From the NCBI GenBank assembly GCA_964422025.1, contig CAYQYZ010000005.1, positions 2,743 through 66,742 on the forward strand: DNA of 64,000 nt, in the 5' to 3' direction. The notes below the pieces were generated by a model. It ran no database searches. It was not told the DNA's origin and saw only the letters and a list, made by a program, of their open reading frames with translations. Positions 9,186-14,743 of the stretch are shown here, piece by piece. Position numbers and translations under genes: made by a program. The stretch is from an uncultured Gammaproteobacteria bacterium (GTDB lineage: Bacteria; Patescibacteriota; Microgenomatia; UBA1406; HO2-37-13b). Positions within the stretch are counted from its first letter, which is position 1. Every line of letters begins with the position of its first letter.

Positions 9186-10023
9186 TAATTATAATCGCTG
9201 CCGATTCATTCGCATCTTCAAGTCGATACACTGTGGTTCCAATGTTTTTTTCACGCTCTGCTAATCCTACAAACCCACCATTTTTATACGTCAACATTTC
9301 GGTCTTTCCATTTTCTTCCACGGCGATCCGAACAAGGCTCTGACAATCATTACACGTTGCTGGGGGAATACTCACTTCAATGAGCGTGAATGTTTTACCT
9401 TCAAATTCAGTTGGCTTGTTAAGTGTGAGGGAGAGTTTTTTACCAACGACGAGTGTCAAATCACTCACCGTTCCCAGAACATCCTTTGTTTTATCCGAAA
9501 GCATGTTTGAATCGGTCGTTGCGTCAAGTTCATACTGAAAATTCATGAGCGTTGTTCCTTCCTTTTTTGTTTTAAAGCGAAGAGTTGCCAATATGGCATC
9601 GGTTAAGGGAGCTGCGCTACTTGTGAGCTTCAAGCTTGCGGTCAGAGAAATTTGATTTGTTTTTTGGGTCGTAAAAAAATCGAAATCATTCATTTCACTT
9701 TTGGCACCTACGAATTCGAGAATAGATGGATCGTAATTAATGACCGCATCATATCCGCCTACGGGAACTTCTTTGGAATCACCGCTTAGAATAATCGAAA
9801 TTTCCTGATTCGGCACAAATGTTGTTGTTCTGGAATCAGTTTCGAGCTTCATTCTGCCAGGGTGAGTAGCGGCAACTAACGGATTGAGTGCATTTTTTGG
9901 CACTTCAGGCAGCGCATGTAGTTGCATATACATATATATTAGCGACAGGGCAAGCGCGCCCAAAAACATGGTTCCCGTTAGCGCCCATACTCGTTTTGTA
10001 ATATGCATAGTGTTAATCGTCAA
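9172..10023 (-). CDS. Membrane-anchored cohesin-like domain protein
   Basis: N-terminal TM helix; ISIILSGDSKEVPVGGYDAVINYDPSILEFV...ATLRFKTKKEGTT pattern. Confidence 0.5.
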   Translation of the reverse strand: MTINTMHITKRVWALTGTMFLGALALSLIYMYMQLHALPEVPKNALNPLVAATHPGRMKLETDSRTTTFVPNQEISIILSGDSKEVPVGGYDAVINYDPSILEFVGAKSEMNDFDFFTTQKTNQISLTASLKLTSSAAPLTDAILATLRFKTKKEGTTLMNFQYELDATTDSNMLSDKTKDVLGTVSDLTLVVGKKLSLTLNKPTEFEGKTFTLIEVSIPPATCNDCQSLVRIAVEENGKTEMLTYKNGGFVGLAEREKNIGTTVYRLEDANESAAIIIIGKK

Positions 10024-11737
10024 CTTTTACTGATAATGATGAAAGAGCCAATCCCCAGTCTGTTCCATTGGTTGTCGTATCTTGATTTAGATCCGAAACC
10101 ATATTGGTTTGTGCATCACTTTCTCCTAACTTCGTACGGATTTTTACTAAATCCTGTGAATTACAAATACCATCTTGCACGGGCAAATCGCAGCTCATTT
10201 GATAGATTTTACTAAAATCAAACGAATTTTCTCCGGCATTAAGTGTAATGGCGCCTCGTTCACCTTTATATGTTCCCGGTGATGTTTCTGTCGGATTCGT
10301 ATCACATATTTTCTTTTGCAATTGAAAGCCACCTTTGACAGTAATACAAAATCCGGTACCAGGCGTTACAGTAAGTCCTACCGAACCCACATAGAATCCA
10401 GAATCATCAGGAGTAAATAACGCAGTTTGAGAAACTGCGCTTTGTTGCCCTGTTGCTTGTACGCCAATCTTGAATTGAATACCCCGTGTTTGTCGAGGTT
10501 TTGCTTGAATACCTTGCAAGCGCAATTTAAGTCGAACCTGCACATTTCCCGAATTTCCCCCGCCTCCACCGCTTCCACCGCTTCCTACCGTAAATGCAAA
10601 CGAGTCTTTAGCTATCGAATAGCCACTTGGGGCCTGAGGTCCAACTACTTCATACTCAGTAATCGAGATTGTTCCGGTAGCGTTACTAACCCCTTTAAGT
10701 GTAATAGGCATAGTAACTGAGCTTAAGAGGGTGGGAGCGGTACACAGCTGAGATAATCGCAGAATTCGCGTCGTAGTATCCCAACTGTTTACTACTGTTG
10801 TACATCCTGAATTATCTACAGCATCAAGCGGTACAGGAGCAAATGGACTGGTCGTTGAGCCTCCTCCTCCTGGTGCTCCTGCCCCTCCACCAGGATTTGC
10901 TGTCGATGAGTTTCCTCCTCCTCCTGGTGCTCCGGGGGCACCTGCCCCTCCACCATTATTCGCTGACGACCCTGGGGTTGCAACAGCGGTTGGCGCAGGC
11001 GCACCCGTAGTTGGTGCCGGATTGCTTCCAGAAAGTATTACGTCTACCCCCGGATCAACCTTCATTTTTACATCAAAACCCGAAACTTTTTGGTCACCTG
11101 TGAATCCATCAATAAGTAAATCTGTTGTAATTTGTTGCCCTACTGTTAATTGTCCTGAAGCAGGTGAAAAATGGGCTCGAATACCGGTTGGAGCACTCGT
11201 TGGATTTGTTCCGCCAGAAGCACAGGTATAACTTCCTTCTTCGATCGAATCCAGTGTATAAGTTTTCCCGGAACCAACGATTTCACTTCCAACGGCTGCA
11301 ATACTAAATGTTCCTGCCCCAGCACCTTCGCAGCGCAATGTAACCGGAACTGAAATACCAACGGGTAAATCAGCATCGGCTTTTAGAACTCCGTAAGAAA
11401 TTTTTTCAGTACTTTTGGTTAACTCGGTAAAAAAACCCGGCTGTGTGCCCGATACACTTCCAAGCACCATCGGTTCCCGTGAACTTTGCACCTTAACGGC
11501 ACCGGTAGTTTTAAACACTAACGTAAACGCAGAAATTTTCTCGGCATTAGCGAATGAAACAGTAATGTCTTTAGTTCCAGAAATAGAACCTGCTTTTTCG
11601 GTAACCCGAATAGGCATGCTCGTTGTAGTTGCTCGTGATCGTAAAACATACGTGTGAATTGCCATTGCAAATACAACAGTACTTACAAACACAAAAATTC
11701 CCAATACTAATAATTTAAATTTCATCGTAAATTCCAT
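10013..11737 (-). CDS. Multi-module cohesin-like surface protein with Gly-rich linker and C-terminal dockerin
   Basis: Signal anchor and several cohesin-like blocks. C-terminal module paralogous to that of 6324-9185, ending in DLNQDTTTNGTDWGLALSSL. Confidence 0.55.
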   Translation of the reverse strand: MEFTMKFKLLVLGIFVFVSTVVFAMAIHTYVLRSRATTTSMPIRVTEKAGSISGTKDITVSFANAEKISAFTLVFKTTGAVKVQSSREPMVLGSVSGTQPGFFTELTKSTEKISYGVLKADADLPVGISVPVTLRCEGAGAGTFSIAAVGSEIVGSGKTYTLDSIEEGSYTCASGGTNPTSAPTGIRAHFSPASGQLTVGQQITTDLLIDGFTGDQKVSGFDVKMKVDPGVDVILSGSNPAPTTGAPAPTAVATPGSSANNGGGAGAPGAPGGGGNSSTANPGGGAGAPGGGGSTTSPFAPVPLDAVDNSGCTTVVNSWDTTTRILRLSQLCTAPTLLSSVTMPITLKGVSNATGTISITEYEVVGPQAPSGYSIAKDSFAFTVGSGGSGGGGGNSGNVQVRLKLRLQGIQAKPRQTRGIQFKIGVQATGQQSAVSQTALFTPDDSGFYVGSVGLTVTPGTGFCITVKGGFQLQKKICDTNPTETSPGTYKGERGAITLNAGENSFDFSKIYQMSCDLPVQDGICNSQDLVKIRTKLGESDAQTNMVSDLNQDTTTNGTDWGLALSSLSVKVDD

Positions 11738-11744
11738 AGTTTAT

Positions 11745-12326
11745 TTATAGTGAACACTTTCCCCACACGCCATTACTTCCTTGTCTTCCCTTTTCAAAAT
11801 CGACAAGCGATACCTTTCCATCTCCTGTAACATCGGATGTTTTTGTGGTCGCTCGGCCGGTAAATTCGCTTATAAAGAGCGTTAAATCAGCGCAATCTGC
11901 AAGTCCATTACAATCAAAGTCACCTTGTGAAGCGGTTGTACACGTTCTTCCCTGTTCAGGTGAGCGAGGAGATTCAGGTGAGCGAGGAGATTCAGGCGAA
12001 CGAGGAGACTCGGGTGAGCCGGCTGACCCAGGCGTAAGTACACACAGCCCAGCGGTACATTCCATTTTCGCACCACTCGGTGGACACGCTTCGCCCGCTC
12101 TACACATACCTTTTGCAATAGCGAAATCTATACAGTCCTGAGGTACGGCACATGAATGGTCGCCTGAAGATGCACCAGGCGTGATTGACGATGGAGTCGA
12201 AGGAGGAATTTGTGCACGGGAAACAACATTTGCGGTCTTTTGAACTGCTACATACCCAACAGCAGAAAAGCCCGTTAATACGGCTATAACCGACAATGCC
12301 ACCAACATTTTTCCCTGAGATTCCAT
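11745..12326 (-). CDS. Small Cys-rich secreted protein with an SPESPR tandem repeat and a dockerin-like C-terminus
   Basis: N-terminal TM/signal; (SPESPR)x3-4; DCNGLADCADLTLF and DVTGDGKVSLVDF loops. Confidence 0.5.
   Translation of the reverse strand: MESQGKMLVALSVIAVLTGFSAVGYVAVQKTANVVSRAQIPPSTPSSITPGASSGDHSCAVPQDCIDFAIAKGMCRAGEACPPSGAKMECTAGLCVLTPGSAGSPESPRSPESPRSPESPRSPEQGRTCTTASQGDFDCNGLADCADLTLFISEFTGRATTKTSDVTGDGKVSLVDFEKGRQGSNGVWGKCSL
11955..12026. repeat. 18-bp tandem repeat (three good units plus one degenerate) encoding SPESPR
   Basis: ttcaggtgagcgaggaga x2, ttcaggcgaacgaggaga, then a degenerate unit. Confidence 0.85.
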
Positions 12327-12370
12327 ATGGTATCTTCAGTGTATTATGCGGGTGGCATTAATGTCAAGTT

Positions 12371-12754
12371 TTACTTAAGTTCCACTTTAGCTCCTGCTTC
12401 TTCGAGCTTAGCCTTAGCGGCTTGTGCTTCTTCTTTCTTAGCTTGAGTCAAAATGGTTTGAGGTGCGCTTTCAACTAATTTCTTCGCATCCATAAGCCCT
12501 AAGTCGGGTTTAAGTTCGCGAACAGCTTTAATCGCTCCTAGTTTATTAGCTCCTCCATCGGTTAGAACAACGTCAAAATTTGTTTTTTCTTCCTCTGCTT
12601 CTCCGGCTGGAGCACCAGCTGCTGGTCCTGCCATCATCATAGGAGCGGCGGTTACACCGAATACATCCTCAAGGTGTTTGGCAAGTTCTGAAAGTTCCAA
12701 CGCGTTCAAACCTTTTATATCTTCTGCAATTTTTTCAATATTTTTTTCTGCCAT
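12371..12754 (-). CDS. rplL: Ribosomal protein L7/L12
   Basis: Ala-rich hinge and conserved C-terminal domain (KLGAIKAVRE...GLMDAKKLVESAP...AKLEEAGAKVELK). Start set at MAEKNIEK. Confidence 0.95.
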   Translation of the reverse strand: MAEKNIEKIAEDIKGLNALELSELAKHLEDVFGVTAAPMMMAGPAAGAPAGEAEEEKTNFDVVLTDGGANKLGAIKAVRELKPDLGLMDAKKLVESAPQTILTQAKKEEAQAAKAKLEEAGAKVELK

Positions 12755-12789
12755 ACATGTCACCACCTTTCGTGTAAATGCTAATCGTA

Positions 12790-13308
12790 TTAGCTTTTGT
12801 TTGCTGCTGCCTGAATAACTTGTATTAATTTTTGAGTGTTAAAGTTAAGGCTTCGTACCAAGCTGGTATGTGAGCTTCGTAGTGAAAGAATGATCTTGAC
12901 AACCAATTCTTCTTTGCTTGGAAGCTGTGCCAATTTCATTAAATCGTCTTTTCCATATGTTTTGCTTTCAATGATTCCCGCTTTGAAACCTACCGTATCG
13001 TGCGCTTTTGCAAACTTGTAGAATGCACTTAAGGCTGCGGTCCAATCCAATGGGAGGGTAATAACGGCTGAAGAGCCTTTTAAATCAGCGGTTTCGAGTA
13101 ATTCAGTGTGTTTGAGTTTTTGGGCAGTGACTTTGAAAAGTGAGTTTTTGACGACCGTCATGCTGCTTCCGGCGGCTCGCAAGTCGCGACGCAATTCTTC
13201 CAAATCTTTATGCGAAGTTTTAGCGAAACCGATAACAACAAAATTCTTAGATTCGTTCAATGTGGAATATAACGAGGATACAAAATCGATTTTAGCTTTA
13301 TTTGGCAT
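12790..13308 (-). CDS. rplJ: Ribosomal protein L10
   Basis: Sits immediately upstream of rplL, with L10-like length and sequence pattern. Confidence 0.85.
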   Translation of the reverse strand: MPNKAKIDFVSSLYSTLNESKNFVVIGFAKTSHKDLEELRRDLRAAGSSMTVVKNSLFKVTAQKLKHTELLETADLKGSSAVITLPLDWTAALSAFYKFAKAHDTVGFKAGIIESKTYGKDDLMKLAQLPSKEELVVKIILSLRSSHTSLVRSLNFNTQKLIQVIQAAANKS

Positions 13309-13363
13309 GATGTTTCTCTCGCAGTGGACTTAACTGTTGCCACTGGTCTATGAGAATAGAAGT

Positions 13364-13392
13364 ATTATAACGAACGGTGAAGAAATTTACAA
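13364..13392 (-). promoter_or_regulatory. Candidate rplJ promoter followed by a ~55-nt leader containing a hairpin
   Basis: Minus strand TTGTAA, 17 nt spacer, TATAAT. The leader contains a CAGTGG...CCACTG hairpin (13322-13345). Confidence 0.4.
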
Positions 13393-13399
13393 GTACATT

Positions 13400-13440
13400 G
13401 TCATTCTGAATCTCGCAGAGAGAGATGAAGAATCTCCGTC
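13400..13440. repeat. Family-1 palindromic repeat (intergenic)
   Basis: gtcattctgaatctcgcagagagagatgaagaatctccgtc. Confidence 0.8.
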
Positions 13441-13484
13441 AAATTTAATAAGAATTTAATAATTGGGTGATATTATGCGAGGAT

Positions 13485-13553
13485 GGGCCGGTCGCTGGTG
13501 CGACTTCCGGACTGTCAATTCGGGTAGCGGGGGTTCGATTCCCCTCCGGTCCA
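13485..13553 (+). tRNA. tRNA-Asp(GTC)-like gene with a reduced D-arm (69 nt, no encoded CCA)
   Basis: Acceptor GGGCCGG/CCGGTCC (one G-U). Anticodon stem CCGGA/TTCGG with loop CTGTCAA. T-arm GGGGG-TTCGATT-CCCCT. The D region is only TCGC-TGGT-GCGA. Confidence 0.55.
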
Positions 13554-13567
13554 CACCCTTTTATAAC

Positions 13568-13596
13568 TTGACATTTAGGAGTAAAAGAGGTATTAT
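13568..13596 (+). promoter_or_regulatory. Near-consensus promoter driving a short non-coding transcript
   Basis: TTGACA, 17 nt spacer, TATTAT. Confidence 0.55.
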
Positions 13597-13602
13597 TATG
13601 AT

Positions 13603-13668
13603 GACAGTCCGGGAGTCAAGCACTAGTGGTGCTATCCGTCAAAGAATCCACCTTCGGGTGGGTTTTTT
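13603..13668 (+). ncRNA. Candidate small RNA of unknown family (~65 nt)
   Basis: Bounded by its own promoter and an intrinsic terminator. Internal hairpins TGAC-n9-GTCA and AGCAC-TAGTG-GTGCT. The only ORF here runs through the terminator and is implausible. Confidence 0.4.
13646..13668 (+). terminator. Rho-independent terminator
   Basis: ATCCACC-TTCG-GGTGGGT followed by TTTTT. Confidence 0.8.
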
Positions 13669-13673
13669 GTTTC

Positions 13674-13970
13674 TCAAATCACTCGAAAGATCTTCAAGAA
13701 CAAAAACGTGAATAAATAAAATAACAACACCTGAGGTAGTGAGAGATATAAGGTCGCACATAACGCTACAATCGACACTACAAAAAACGCCTGATTATGT
13801 ATTGATGGCACGAGTCCCTTCACTATTATAATGAGGAGCAAGAGCGTCAGTAGCTTATCCGCATCAAACCACACCGGCGACCACCCCACAAAACGCGCCA
13901 CAAATAAAATTGCTGCCGCAAACATCAAAAACAGCTCTTTTGAATCAAAATAAAATGGTCCAACAAACAT
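13674..13970 (-). CDS. Small integral membrane protein (three predicted TM helices)
   Basis: 98-aa hydrophobic ORF with a -10-like TATACT 8 nt upstream of the ATG. Confidence 0.5.
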   Translation of the reverse strand: MFVGPFYFDSKELFLMFAAAILFVARFVGWSPVWFDADKLLTLLLLIIIVKGLVPSIHNQAFFVVSIVALCATLYLSLPQVLLFYLFTFLFLKIFRVI

Positions 13971-14069
13971 ATTCTAATAGTATAGTACATTCTTACTTTT
14001 TTCACCCGTAGCCATCAAATTCCCCTCTCTGCGCACCGAGCACCCCTTCTTTAGCGCCTCATATTCTTC

Positions 14070-14098
14070 TTGACATCAACAACTACATACTTTATAAT
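14070..14098 (+). promoter_or_regulatory. Perfect-consensus promoter; the predicted TSS coincides with the ATG at 14106 (leaderless)
   Basis: TTGACA (14070-14075), 17 nt spacer, TATAAT (14093-14098), 7 nt, ATG. Confidence 0.65.
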
Positions 14099-14105
14099 TC
14101 CCACC

Positions 14106-14327
14106 ATGTCGATATCAAACAAAAGTAATAACAAGGTATCACTTACCGACTTACCAGATCTGTTAACAATCCGCGAAGTTGCCGATATTTTGCGCGTTTC
14201 CCCGCTTACTATTAAGCGTTGGGGCAAACGAGGCAAACTTCCTGCTATTCGAATTAATTCCCGCGGCGACCGCCGCTACAAAAAAGAAGTCATCCAACGA
14301 TTGTTGGGAGTTGAGATTGAGGAATAA
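14106..14327 (+). CDS. Excisionase/MerR-type helix-turn-helix DNA-binding protein
   Basis: LLTIREVADILRVSPLTIKRWGKRGKLPAIRI...RRY is the excisionase-family HTH pattern. Start set at MSISNK, downstream of the promoter. Confidence 0.7.
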   Translation: MSISNKSNNKVSLTDLPDLLTIREVADILRVSPLTIKRWGKRGKLPAIRINSRGDRRYKKEVIQRLLGVEIEE

Positions 14328-14354
14328 TCTCTCAAGTCATTCAGATCTACCTTT

Positions 14355-14384
14355 GTCATTCTGAACGCAGCGAAGAATCTCCGT
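14355..14384. repeat. Family-1 palindromic repeat (intergenic, between convergent genes)
   Basis: gtcattctgaacgcagcgaagaatctccgt. Confidence 0.85.
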
Positions 14385-14386
14385 AA

Positions 14387-14743
14387 TTACTGAGAAGCAA
14401 CCGATAAACTCTGAATTTTTTGTTGCAATGCTTTGATTTCTTGATTATCTTGATGCTTGCCCGATAAAATTTCCCTCAAGTCTTCATGCGCAACTTGATA
14501 CGCCTGTTGCATCATATCATTTGATAATTGTCGCGTACCAGCGGAGACTTCTTCCATAAATTGTTCGTATTTGATAATAGCGAGGTCGTCAAATAATGTA
14601 GAATACTGTTCGGTAATAATTTTAATAACATCTGACTTGCGCACTTCGTCATACTTTGGATATTCTAAAAGAAGCGCATCCCTCACAGCAGGTTTATTTT
14701 GGAATATGATTTTGATTTTTTCTTCAATAGTAAAAGGCTTCAT
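14387..14743 (-). CDS. Hypothetical protein (118 aa, helical)
   Basis: Start overlaps the stop of the upstream 900-aa gene by 4 nt. No recognisable motif. Confidence 0.55.
   Translation of the reverse strand: MKPFTIEEKIKIIFQNKPAVRDALLLEYPKYDEVRKSDVIKIITEQYSTLFDDLAIIKYEQFMEEVSAGTRQLSNDMMQQAYQVAHEDLREILSGKHQDNQEIKALQQKIQSLSVASQ

Noticed and set aside
11955-12026. Short direct repeats, considered as a possible CRISPR array
   Set aside because: The units are contiguous 18-mers with no spacers and lie in frame within a CDS, so this is a coding tandem repeat.
13485-13553. Possible tmRNA (ssrA), because the 5' end resembles GGGG..CUGG.UUCGAC
   Set aside because: The acceptor stem closes after only 69 nt with an anticodon-type arm in between. 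There is no tag-peptide reading frame or pseudoknot region.
13603-13668. Possible SRP (4.5S) RNA, because of UCC-GGGA-G...AAGCA
   Set aside because: The bases flanking the GGGA loop cannot form the helix-8 stem or its symmetric and asymmetric loops. The resemblance is superficial.
13463-13711. 82-codon ORF on the plus strand
   Set aside because: It is read across the tRNA-like gene, a consensus promoter and an intrinsic terminator. Non-coding features explain it better.
13485-14327. Integrated mobile element, suggested by a tRNA-like gene next to an excisionase-type HTH gene
   Set aside because: There is no integrase, no direct repeat of the tRNA 3' end and no phage or plasmid genes nearby. 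The HTH protein is more simply a small regulator.
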